DNA of 64,000 bases. It comes from Octopus sinensis. Lineage: Eukaryota. Numbering within the stretch: position 1 is the first letter of the stretch; the number at the start of each line of letters is the position of its first letter. Positions 1-13,300 of this stretch are shown in pieces. A program made the position numbers and the translations under genes. The stretch is from NCBI RefSeq assembly GCF_006345805.1, contig NC_043000.1, forward strand, positions 24,056,001 through 24,120,000. Direction: 5' to 3'. The notes under the pieces were generated by a model. It did not search any database. It had not been told where the DNA came from and was given only the letters and a program-made list of their open reading frames with translations.

Positions 1-898
1 CTCGATATGAATCACGACTAAAGATACCCGCTTTTGGTTAAACTGCACCGCAAAATGTGGGAGTAATTACGAATGTAAATCGAAGGGGACAGACACACAA
101 CTTCACTCTTATATAAAGATACTTTTTTTTTTCAGTCATAGAGTTAGATTTATGAAGGTCTTCAGTAGAAAATCCTTCGAATTCTGACTCGCTGCTTGAT
201 ATAATGAAATTCGTATCCATTTTTTGTCAGAATTACAAATTTTGAAAACACAATAGGAACAAATTTCGGAAAAAAATCTCCCATAATTCACGGAATTAAA
301 ATTACACTTCGATTTTTGTACAAAACTGTATTTGAAGTGTTTACGAAGTATAATACGTGTTTTCACGAATGTACTAAAGAGATTTACTCTGATATTCTCA
401 TTTAAATATGAATAGGTAAATTCGGGCGGTTTGGTAACGAAAGGGTTTATATAAGTGTCGTCTGTTTATACATAAACACTGTTTCATAGTTTCAGTTTAG
501 TCTTCCTCAAATCACTGTCGCTAATTTACTCTCTTCCAAGAACATTTTCACTCACTGTTATCTGTTAGCTTCCCATACATTTTACTCATGTATCTATCAG
601 CGTGATAGACAGAAACAAATATTACATTTACTTTCATTTTATTCGTTGCCCACTGTGTGTGTGCGTTTGCGTGTGGTGTAAACCAGACTAAGAAAAGCAT
701 TTGACGCACACACCAGAATGTGAGTTTTCTGTAAATTTTGCTTAATTGGAGTTTAAATTTTAAAAACTGGACCTGGCATGATGCGATGCATTGTACTCTT
801 AAAACTGCTAGGTAAATTGTAATTGAAGAAATCCTATATTGTAGATTTGTATAACTCCCAAAGGGAGGCAGATAAAATCTGCCTTTTATAATAAGAGA
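1..898 (-). mobile_element. Second copy of the same Helitron (3' end outside window)
   Basis: Near-identical to 28030-28916 with the same 5' TC terminus. Confidence 0.88.
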
Positions 899-1212
899 TA
901 TATAAACTGCAAAATGTCTGTGTGCGTGTCCTTTATGCAAACCCACAGTTTTTCAGTTAGAGGGCTCGCACTTTCTATGGTCATTCAAAACCGTCCAAGG
1001 GTGGTCAGGCACATCTTTACATTTCCCCAGTCACCCCGCAAAGCCATTAAAAAATCAATAGAAGTGACTTTTTGTGAATTTTCTATCCAAAACCCAATCA
1101 AAATGCCCGAAACTTGATACGCCAATTGAATGCCAGCTAGCTGTATGTGATTGGTTGGAGATTTGGACAGTACTCGCGTGTATGTGCGCACGTTGCCGGG
1201 TCATAGTGTTAG
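899..1212 (+). mobile_element. Older short Helitron-like element
   Basis: Starts TATATAAACTGCAAAATGTCTGTGTG; ends GTTGCCGGGTCATAGTGTTAG|T (degenerate CTAG end). Confidence 0.45.
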
Positions 1213-1246
1213 TACAAGAATAAAAGTGTAGTAAATACTAACTTAC

Positions 1247-1318
1247 CTCTCCAGTTTGAATATTAACAGGCTTTAAATCACCGGAATATGTACCCAGAAG
1301 AAGAAAATTACTGGAAGA
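1247..1318 (-). CDS. DCAF1: DCAF1 exon 27 (WD40 region)
   Basis: [24 protein letters not shown]. Confidence 0.92.
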
Positions 1319-4300
1319 CTGGAAGTAAAAAAATACATGATAAACAAGAGCACTCAGAGAGCGAAAACCTCTGCCAAGGCAACACCGTCATCTCAAAGAT
1401 TAACCGGAGATGATTTTTAAAATGAGAATATCTGAAATAAACTTGATTGCTCTCACAAATGAGAATACTAAAAACGAACCCAACCACCCCAAAAAAAAAA
1501 AAAACAAAAAAAAAAAACGATCGGTCCCAAAATCTAATCAGTTCGTGCCAGTCTTGAGGCCAAACATCCCTGAAAGTTTCATCTTAATCCATCCAGTGGT
1601 TCTTGAGATATTTTGTCCACAGACAAACTAACAAACAAACATGACCGAAAACAATACCTCTGCCTTCGCTAAGGTGGAGGTAATAATAATTTTCACAAAC
1701 TGGATTGACATTCACAGCCATCATGAAAGTAGTATTGCAATCAGTGGGTGTAGGGTTGGTATTGGTTGATAATTGCAGACGACACAGTACTAGTTGGCTC
1801 ATCAGGAGGTGATCACCAACATGCACTAAATGGGTTTACTGTTGATTGCTGCAAGGCAGGGATGAGAATTAGTGTTGTGAAGACCGAGATATTGGTGCTC
1901 CCAAGAAAATCTTCCCAGTGCACTTTGCACGTTAGTAGAACATCACAGAGGCAAGTGGAGAAGTTCATGTATTTCAGGACTATATTCACAAGTGATAAGT
2001 GGCAGGAGGCTGAATTAGGTGCTAGAATTACAGGTGCTGGCACAGTAATGCACCAGCTTCAGCATTTAATCTTCATGAGTGGAGAGGTTAGCAAAAAAAC
2101 CTAACCCACTATCTTCAATTTGGTTTCCATGCCTGTCCTCACCTGTGGCCATGAATGTTGGGTAATGACCAAAAAAGTACAATTGCAAATATAAGCAACT
2201 GAAACAGGGTTCCAGTGAAAGGTCTCTAGAGTAATGTTACTTGACAGGATGCCTATAGCTATCAGATCAGGGAGTCTCTCCAGATGAAGTTGCTACTTTT
2301 CTGGTACAATGGACATGTGATTAGAATGCTGCGAGAATGAATCATAAGACAGATTCTTCAAGTCAAGCCAACTAGCAGGAAACTTAAGGGTAGACCAAGA
2401 ATAAGATGGGTGGATAATATCCAAGGTCTTCCTTAGTAACATTTGGAGATTCAGCTGGAAAGTCTAATGATGGTTGCTTCTAATAGGACCATAAGGAGGA
2501 GGTGCCTGAGGACTCACCCCACCACCCCAGAAATAATAAACAGAGATGGATTGATGATGATGATAATAAAAACAACAATATACCTGAATTGTATCTAAGT
2601 TTTTTTTAACTAAATCCAAGCTTTATACTAAATCCAATGCTTTTAAAGAAAAGAAACTTTCAAATTGATAATTATAATAATAAACTATAATTGGTTAAAC
2701 AGTTTAGTTTATAAGTTAGAATAATGTCATCATATATAGAATAATGTATTTAAAACAAAACAACTTACAATAAATGTACAAGAAGAATAACCATCTTCAT
2801 CTGGATCACGGAATGTGCGGATAGGTTTGAATCTGAAAACACCAAAAATTAATGTTAAATTCAAGGCAAACAGAGAAAAGGGATGGTTTATCAACCAGAC
2901 AAGTGACTTTTTTCTGAATATACCAATGATGGTAGAGACCAAAGACATGAATCACAAGCACAAGTAGCTGTAAGTAATGAGTAAAATGTTTCTAAATCCT
3001 GCAAAGGATGTTAGTGTTTTCTGGGCAATTTTAGAAATGATAAAAATGTGGGATATCCTGGCAGTAGATCACTGTAGTTGAGCATCCTAGAATTTAAAGC
3101 TTAAGTTGAGAATTGGATATTCGAGTCTAAGACACCTCTTCTTACATGGTTATAATGCTTTTAAACTGAAATGTTGGATCTTCATTAAATGACCCAGCAC
3201 CAAAAGAAAAGGTTGAGGTGAAATGCAGGATTGTGTCACTAGCACAGATGCAGTGTTTTAGAATAATACCCAAGATCCCACTTAAACTCCTGAAACAGGA
3301 GCTAGATGTGAAACTGTAAAGCCTAATGAGAAGGGCTTCTCTTAAAAGACCCACCAGAGGAATCTTTCTTCCCTTATGTAAAAGTCTAACAGAAGATAGA
3401 AAGATGGGACAATTTGAGGAGATTCCTTTAACAGATATATCAGAATATTTAGCTGTTATGGAAATAAAAAGCAAACACACACAAAGGATTGACAATTAAA
3501 ATCACTTATTTTTGTGTGCATATTGTGTTCAGTTTCTGGCTCTAAAGAGCAGAAGGTATGGAAATAGTGATTTTAAATAAAATTACTCTTTATATAAATA
3601 GGGATAATTTAATCTGTATATTACAAGCAAAGTTAGGCAATGTGACATATTTAATAAAGTCTAACTATTGTCAAAAAATAAAGAAAACAAAAACGAAGTG
3701 AAAAGAACAAACAGGGTGTATTAGGTTGATGGTCAAGAAAGACAGAAGATGTCTTTGACATTTCACATCTATGCTCTGCTAGTCAAACTAACCTGACAAG
3801 AACATCTAAGTTTTAAAGTGAAAAAATAAACAAACCTGCTGTAAACATATTTTTTGTGACACTTAAATCCATCAATACCACCAAATTTAGGAGAGATCTA
3901 TATAAAGAAAAAACAGAAAAAAATACATTTACACATATCAAACTAGAAAATATCAAAATAAATTGTTTCAGAGACAATAAATATTGCTTTTGTCAATAAA
4001 AAAATTTTAATATATGTTAAATTTGAGACTTTGCAGGGTCCTCCATATTCAGATTTTAGTTAATGATATAAGAATTGGGTCAGGAAATTTGAATTCAGTT
4101 TCGAACATTTCTGATCAATATGATGAACAATATACTAAAATATTTTCAAGCATTGAATAAAACAGTCGTGCTTTATTGGTTAAAATATATGTACAAAGAA
4201 AATACTGTAAAGTAGGGTATAGTATTACATTTCTGTAAATATTACATGTAAACAATACAAGCACAATTTAAAAAGTAACAAATAAATAGTATTCCAAGTT

Positions 4301-7300
4301 TTATAATCAAGCAAATACCATAGAAGATGAATTCTTGGTAACAAATGTACTTTTAGGTTAGTTGGCTATTAAGAAGTATATCTAAATATTAGTGAAGATA
4401 TTTCGTTGAGTAAAAGGACTTATTAAAACACTGTCTTCTGGCTTTGAATAAATATTGAGAATGACTGGCATCTGTGCTAGTGGAGCGCTAAGAGTACCAT
4501 ATGAGTGAGATCGTTGCCAGAGCAACAAGCTGGCCTCCGTGCCGATGGCATGTAAAAATACCATTCGAGTGTGATCGTTACCTAGGTCGCCTTACTAGCA
4601 CTTGTGCTGGTGGCATGTGTTAAAAACATTCGAGCGAGGACGTTGCCAGTGCCGCTAGACTGCCTCCTGTGCAGGTGGCACATAAAAAGCACCATTTGAA
4701 TGTAGCCATTGCCAGTTTCCACCTAACTGGCCCTCGTGCCGGTGGCACGTAAAAGCACCCACCACACTCTTGGAGTAGTTGGCATTAGGAAGGGCATCCA
4801 GCTGTAGAAACACTGCCAGATCAGATTGGAGTCTGATGCAGCCATCTGGTTTGCCAAACCTCAGTCAAATCGTCCAACCCATGCTAGCATGGAAAGCAGA
4901 CGTTAAACAATGATGATGATGAGTGAATCAAATAACACACAACAAATACAAAAACAACAACATTATTTTAATATTCAATACGTACCATAGCTCTATTAAC
5001 TCTAGCTGTAATGCAAGTAGGAGCAAATCTACTTCCTCGAGGATCAGGACATTTATGAGGACTGAAAATGACAAAAGATCCATTATCTTTCTTGTTTTAA
5101 ACAAATGTATATAAAGGAGAAACATTAAGAAACAATGTATGGCTTGATCAGATGATAGCAGTTCATCACCATAGAGTCAATGCCATTTTTCACCAATTTG
5201 TAAACGACCCTACAGAAACAGGACTGAAATACTCAAACTTTAACCAATAAATATTTGAAATACTAATTAAATCAATTATTTACTGAGTACCCTCCAAAAA
5301 ACTCCGTTCAATAGTTTCTGACGTAAGCTTAAATGTTTCAGCATTTGATAATTATGAGATGACATTCTGTTATTACAATATTACAAGGTTGTTATACAAT
5401 TTCTGAAGTCACAAACTCTTATGAACATGATAAAACTTCTCAAGAGTGACAGATTAAAAAAGACAAAACCAAAATTCAGACAACCACAAATCAACCCCTT
5501 AAATACAAATGTCTCCTGGAATAATGGCTTAATGGAAAAAAATAGTTGGTTTCATCAAACTAAAACAAGAAATCCAGTTCTTTTCAAGAGCAGGCATGGC
5601 TGTGTGGTTAAGTAGTTTGCTACCCAGCTAACAATGTTTCAGGTTCAGTCCCACTGTATGGCACTTTGGACAAGGGCCTTCTACTTAAGTCCTGGGCTGA
5701 CCAAAGCCTAGTAAATGAATTTGGTAGACAGAAACTGAAAGAAGCCCATTGTATGTGTGTTAGTGTCTCCTTGTGTTAACATCACATGGTTGTTGTAAAT
5801 GAATGTCGCTCAGTTCCAATATTCTAAGATGGCATGTCTGGTCATAGGGAAACAATCTCTCACTTCCAAACAGGTATGGGTTGGTGACAAGAGGGTCATT
5901 TGCCTGTAGAAAATCTGCCTCGGTAAATGCCATCTAGCTCATGCAAACATGGAAAAATGGACATTAAATGATGATGATGATACTGGAGTTTATTCTAAAT
6001 CAATAATACCAATGATTTTTGTTTTAACAGACACCCTCCCACTCCTGCTTAAGGTAAAAGGAGAAATTGAAAATTGGTCAACACTTACGTGAAGAGTGAC
6101 ATTGGGGGACACGTTACCATGGGGTTCTTACAGAGTGCATGTTGTTTCCTGAGATATTCTGTAACAATGCCATCCAATGTTACCTCATTATCAGAATGGT
6201 GTTTGTGAATCATATTTTTCATGATGGTCATGTCTTCTAGTCGATCTTTCGTAAACTGAGACCTGGCATTAGCTGCCTGGTTGGCCTAAATGGAAACAAA
6301 GCGATTATATATTTATTTGAAAAGAGGAAATGATTAAATGAGTGAAAGTAACTCTTTAGACAGACAGTATGGATATTTGTTGCATAAGATGAAGACATGA
6401 CTGTGGCATGTCTTCCCCATCTCTAATCATATTCTCTTATGGAGCATCCCCTTCTATCCTCCCTGTACTATTTATACTCCCACCTGCTGTTCCCTGTAGA
6501 TAGGCCTCAATACATCTCCAACATTTATTTCTCTCTCTATCAATGGCTAATTCTCTCCCACCACCTTCTCCTACTGAGGAACCAAATGTTTCCTCTACTG
6601 AGTGAAATTGGTGGACAGAAACTTCAAGGAAGCTCATCATAAATATGTGTGCCCAACTTCCCCACCATATTTTAACCATCCTATCTTCTATCCTCTCCCT
6701 CAGTCAAGGGGTGTCTTTAATGTTGCAAGCAACAAGGCAACATTATTAGTGCTTGTACCACGAAAAGAAAAAAGCAAGCATCCAGTATATTCAGTAAAGT
6801 GGTTGGCATTAGGAAGGTCACCTGGTTGTAGAAGCCATGTATTAACTGGCACACTGGAGCCAGACATAATTCTCTGACTTAGTGGATCAAAACATCCAAC
6901 TGTACCAGCCTAAAGTGAATGTTAAATGCTGATGGTGTAGAGGTGTGGTGAATGTTGAGCCAGAACGTTGTTATTAGTACTGGCTAAGCAACAGATGGTG
7001 ACATTGTTTATTTTCTCCATAGATCCACAGACATGTGCTAACTGGTGCAATGAAATAATCCCTTACTTGAAAAACAAGTAAGGATCAGCACCAGAAAGAG
7101 CAACCAGTAGTAGAAAATTTTGCTTCAAATTTTTATCTAAGACATTCCAGCATGGAAAAATGGCTGTAAAAATGATGATGATATATATTTAAGGGACATT
7201 TAAACAACATATTACCTAAACTGAAATAAGAGGAAAACAAAATGTGGCTCTTACTTTGATAGTTGGTGTTGAAGCAATTACAGGAGAAGCAGCAGAGTGT

Positions 7301-10300
7301 CGATTAAGTGAGAACTTTACAGGACCTAAAGTGCCATTGGAGTTGAGGATACTGGCACCAGAGGAATGTGATAATAGAGATGGTGTTTGGTTAGAATTGT
7401 GACTAGTTGGTAATGGACTCAATTGACGTGACTGCAAATACAAACAAGTAAACAAACAAATGAGTAACAATAAACATGTGTATAACTGGGTTATGGCTTT
7501 TGAATGTACAATTCTTTCAAGGTGAAAGTTTAACTAAATACCATATTTGGTAGCATTAAAAACACATGGGCATACCTATTTCTTTACTAGCCACAGAGAG
7601 AGGACAAACAAACAGATTAAGTCAATTATACTGACCCCAGTACGTAACTGGTACTTATTTAATCGACCCTGAAAGGATGAAAGGCAAAGTCGACCTCGGC
7701 GGAATTTGAACTCAGAACGTAGTGGCAGACAAAATACTGCTAAGCATTTCGCCCGGCATGCTAACGATTCTGCCAGCAGAACATATTCAGGAAAAAAAGT
7801 TTTTAGTACATGAAAGCTTATGAGAGATCTAACTTTGCATATAGGTTGTCTTGATATGTCTTGCTATTAAAAGAATGATCAGCTAATGAGAGTTTCACTT
7901 GGTTGAAATAAGGGGTTTGCATGTATACATAAAAGGTAGCAGTTCATCTTTCACTACAAGTGCTCTATAGCACTTGACAAAAATATTAACTTTCAAGAAA
8001 CCAGTATAATTGTGTTCATAATTTCTATGCAATCAGAGTTTGTTGTTTTGGCAACCACAGTTGAGTAAATATTACAACTATAATATTTATATTAAAAAAA
8101 TACTTTCACAATTTGTTTTTTCTATTTTACAACAGTACAAAATATTAATTCAAGTATCTCATTAAGGACTATTACATTTATTTATTTATTCATCTGTAAT
8201 AAAGCAATTATTAGAATAATCCTTTATTTGTAGCCAACGAAAAATACCACTCATTTCCCATATTAGAGATAGTAAAGAAAAATTTCTTACAGCTTTTGGT
8301 GTGGTCATAATTGGGTTAATCAGCGGGTTTGTTGGATGGACTGTAGGAATGGACATATTGCAAGGCAAGTTAGCCTCTGTCTGAAGGGCTGTTGCTGAAT
8401 TGACACAACCTGGAATAAAAGAATATAAAGCTAAATTTAGTGAGACTGCCTTTCAATGGAAGCACCACATAGGAAAAAATGGATGTAAAAACAACTAGAA
8501 AAGCACTCAGAGAGCGCAGACCTCCGCCAAACATCTTATTTCCACCCAATTGCTGAAAATCGCCCAATTTCCCAAACCATCAAAATTACAATCACCACAA
8601 TCAGTTTCTTTACGCAGTTGAAAATCCATTATCCGATACTCATGGGACTGAGATTGTTGCAGATTTTTGATTTTTCTAATTTCGGAGTACTTTATTAAAA
8701 AAACACAAATTGCATCTACAAAATGGAACAGTTTGAGGATAGAAACCAAGTCTAAACACAATAGCTTACTCTGAATGTAGTTCTATATAAATCTTTAATA
8801 ATTTTTTTTTTATACTTAAGACCATCAGAAATGTTAAGATATCAGCCTCTACCCACATTGTCATGCTTTGATTAAAAGGTTACAGCATAGATTAGATTAC
8901 TCAGATAAGTTTCAGCCGAAGTTGACTCAGGCCATGTCTAATTTAATAGCACCACCCGGAAGAGATACACAGTCAGCTCTGGAGAACCATAGCCCATTCA
9001 AGCAGAGGGTTATTGTTTTCAGAGGCATATATGGGTGGTTTATCTGGTATTTGTTGGGGGTAATCATCTAGGGATCATTTGAATGCTGTGAAGTCCCTTG
9101 CCTCCTTTATGTGGGTCTGGCACGATATTGAAAAGAGCAGGGCCAATTGAGGTGAAATAGTTCTGTTATAGTGTTGTGATACGACACATACATTTCTGTA
9201 GTGGACGGATGGCACGAGGGCCAAGCACTGGATGAATTTTAAAGATGGGCAATGTTGATGGAATATTTTCCTCATCATACATAGAGCTCACAGCAGCGGT
9301 AGAGGGAGCAAAGCCTGAGCTTTTTGAGTCAATCCCAATAGTCAAGGCTTGTCATGTCATCCTCTGCCAAGCAGCTCATTTTAAGATAGATATGCAAGTA
9401 AAATTACTAATAGAGAAACAAAAATAAACTTTGGAAACAACAACGATGAACGTGTTTTCAAGGGAGATAATCAAAGAACGTAACATTGTAATACTTCATG
9501 TAAAGTAAATATAACAAATGAAAAATCCTTCAAGAAACCATAAAAATTCCTGGATCACTACCAAAATTTCATCATCTGTTCCTTGTGTCATTACTAACTT
9601 TTCCTGCAAGCTTCATCGAATACCGTTCACAACTTTTTGAGTTATTTTGCACACAGACGGACAAAACAACGCCTTCTTGGCAGAGGTAATGATGATGGTG
9701 ATAGTAAAGATAGGTAATGTCTTAAGAGTGTAAAAAGAAAAACAAAAAAAAAACTAACCTTCAGACAAAAGATACTCGTGAATCAAATGAAATAATTCTC
9801 TCTTCTGGAAAGTAATTTTCGTCTGAGCTACAATATCAGCCTTGAAAACAAGAAAGGATAATTTATTTTTAAAGCATTTGGAAAAAATTAAAAATGATTT
9901 ATCGGAAGATAACAACCCATCACAGCCTGTGTTTAACCCTATGATATAAATTCCCTGGTATAAAGTGATATCAAAATGTTATGCTAATCTATGTTCTGAA
10001 CACCAGCTTAATTAATAACCAAATCAGTTTACTAAATTCATTTTCAAAATTAATTCAAACAAAAACTGTATATTTCATCAGGAATACAACAGACAAATTA
10101 ATATTACTATTGACAATGGCATGCAATAAGCACCCCAGTACCGCTTGACTGGCTCCTCATGCCGGTGGCACATAAAAAGCACCATCCAAACGTGGTCAAT
10201 GCCAGTCCCCCACAACAACTGGCTCCTGTGCTGGTGGCACGTAAAAAGCACCATCTGAACATAGCCGAGGCCAGTGCCGCCTGACTGGCTACCGTGCCAG

Positions 10301-13300
10301 TGGTACATAAAAAGCACCCACTACACTCTTGGAGTGGTTGGCATTAGGAAAGGCATCCAGCTGTAGAAACATTGTCAGATCAGATTGGAGCTTGGTGCGG
10401 CCTCCTGGCTTGCCAGTCCCCAGTCAAACTGTCCAACCCATGCCAGCATGGAAAATGGACGTTAAACGATGATGATGATGATGATGATTTATCCAAATAA
10501 ACACCAATGTAAATTTATAAACAACCTCTCAGCTGAAATTAGAGTTTCTACATGACCATTTGATCTGCTAGAAATCTCTAAATACTCCTGTCTTTAATGG
10601 TACATTAAATAATGTAGATCTGGAACTACAATACTTATGAGTACAGCCATAGCTAAAATACCTTTCATCATAGATCTCCTTACCATGGCTGACAAAAACA
10701 TCAACCTAAAATCCTATATTTTATATGCATCAAACTATTTTGATAGTTAACGAACACACAAAGATCTTGAGTGATTGTGGTTACATATATTGATATCTTG
10801 AATAACTCCAGTATATCAAAACCCCAATGGCTTGAGAGTAAGGCATTGGGTTACATACAAACTACATACTAAGAAGTTCATGGAATCTTGTCAGATTACA
10901 GACTAATGTCTTGTTTCATAAAAACAAAAGATCTTTTCTGGTAGCTGTTTCAGAGTATAAACTGAAATAGAGATAAATCTCCTATATAAGAGACCAATCT
11001 ATTTCAGGTAATTTTCCCAGATTGTCTGGTTTTTATTTCTGACAACTAGATCAACTGAAGCCTATAGAATTAAGGCTAACCATCCAAATACATAATGAGA
11101 TACTTTCAATGAATTTAAACTTAAATTGTTTTAGCTGGTAGTTCAATATTATATCTACACATTTCATTTCTGAGCTGTTTCACATGACAAATATAGGACT
11201 GTTTATTTTCCAAATACTTACAGCAGCACCACCTCCCATCAGCACAACAACATTTATTCAGTGACACAATACAGATTCATGCATATATGTTTTTTTGAAG
11301 CCAAGAAAAAAAACCACACATCTTTCAATTACCTTCCTGATGTCTTGAAGAGAAGCTTCAATATTTGCATTATGGTGTTTTCCAGACACACGTTCAATTA
11401 ATTCATTGGAATACTTGCAAAATTTTACATGTGCTTGTCGCTTGTCTTGAAGAACAGGTTCTTTCATAAGCTCTGTATTAGAAGAAAACAGTGTAAAGAT
11501 GAAACGCAAAATATTCAGTCTGTGTATTTCTGTCACTGATCCTACCCATAAATATTTGTGGAAACTATTTAATAAAGATAAAAGTACAATTTTACTTTGC
11601 ATACTTCAAAACCATTTAAGGATCTTATGATAGACATCAATATTGAGTTTTCAGACATCAGTTGTGGTGTAGCCGAAATTTGATGTTTTATTCGTATTTT
11701 TATACCAGTTATCAAATTAATGCAATATTTGAATCCAAACTCTAATGAATTACTGCAACAAAGTTACTTCAGAATGACATCCATTAAAAGTTTACAAAGA
11801 AACATCAAAAAATTACAAAACTTAATTGATAAGATCAATAAAAACCACATAGTACATCAAGTGATATTTTTTTCAGAATTTAATAATCACAAATATTTAA
11901 TGACAGATGGACTAAAATATAGGTTAAAATAATGACACTCACGTTGTAATAAACCATTATTGAATAAAGGAAGTTTCCCAATGATCTGCCGAACAGTTTC
12001 GGACCGAGACAAACCAACAAGAGCCTAAGAAAGTAAAGACAATCTTATTTAAGTGATTTTCAAATGTTTATAATTTTTATTACAAATAGCATATTATATT
12101 TAACACATTATTTTAGAAGGAAATACTTGAAGAAATCTTTTAAGATAATAATAATAATAACAATCCTTTCTGTTGAAGGTACAAGGCCTGAAATTTTATG
12201 GGGAGGGGACTAGTTAATTACATCGACTCTTAGTGTTTTACTGGTACTTAATTTATTGACCCCAAAGGATGAAAGGCAAAGTCAACATTGGCGGAATTTG
12301 AACTCAGAACGCAAAGAAGGATGAAATTCTGCTAAGCATTTTGCCTGATGTGCTAACGATTCTGCCAGCTAACTGCCTTAATAATAATAATAATAATGAA
12401 TTTATTGATATTAAATAATCTTAAAAAATTTGTAGCACATATATAGAATGATGAAAAGTTGATTTTGGCAAAATGTGAACTCAGAACATAGACGAAGAAG
12501 ACTCAGTATTAACTTGAATATAAATGCTTCTCACTAGTACAAGGCTACTAAGTTTCAAAAGACTAATAAACATTAACTAACTCAGTACATGGCTAATACT
12601 TATTTTACCAACTCTAGAGATAGGAAAATCAAAGTTAATTCTAGCAGGCACTGGCAATGATCATGCACCATTCAAGCGTGGTCGATGCCAGTACCACCTG
12701 ACTGGCCCTCATGCTGGTGGCACGTAAAAAGTACCCACTATACTCTTGGAGTAGTTGGCGTTAGGAAGGGCATCCAGCTGTAGAAACATTGCCAGATCAG
12801 ATTGGAGCCAGTGCAGCCTTCTGGCTCACCAGCCCTCAGTCAAACCGTTCAACCCATGCTAGCATGGAAAGCAGACGTTAAACAACGATGATGATGAGAA
12901 TTTCCACTACAATGTGAACTATTTATTTTAGAAAAAGGACTGATGCGAAAACTAAAAAAAAAAACCCCCAAACAATAAACAAACGAAAAACAACAAATGA
13001 AGTTAAAAATATAGATGAGAAAGTGATTAGTGAGCAGTAAGCAAAACAGTATTTAAATAGACACGTTCTAAGCTGGGTTTTAGCATTGAGAGTGCAATAG
13101 CAGTTTAGGAATGCAATCCAAACACAAGGAAATAATCACATGTACAAATACAATATGTGAAAACAATCCTAAAATACCCAGATCCAAATACTGTATTAGT
13201 AAAATTTAAAAATATCTAAACTCATCTTAGAAATACAGAACTACAATATCATAAATTATAAACCTATATTTGTTGTGTTAAGTTCTGTGACAAAGATCTA

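Noticed and set aside
548-946. 132-aa ORF in the Helitron
   Set aside because: It spans the element boundary, has no recognisable domain and is not preserved in the second copy.
3740-3790. Possible minus-strand hammerhead relic (TTGACATTTC...CTCTGCTAG)
   Set aside because: The core is too decayed to support a call.
4465-4760. Regularly spaced ~60-bp repeats with palindromic GTGCC..GGCAC cores, CRISPR-like at a glance
   Set aside because: These are internal repeats of a dispersed SINE-like family seen more than ten times; the context is eukaryotic with no cas genes and no unique spacers.
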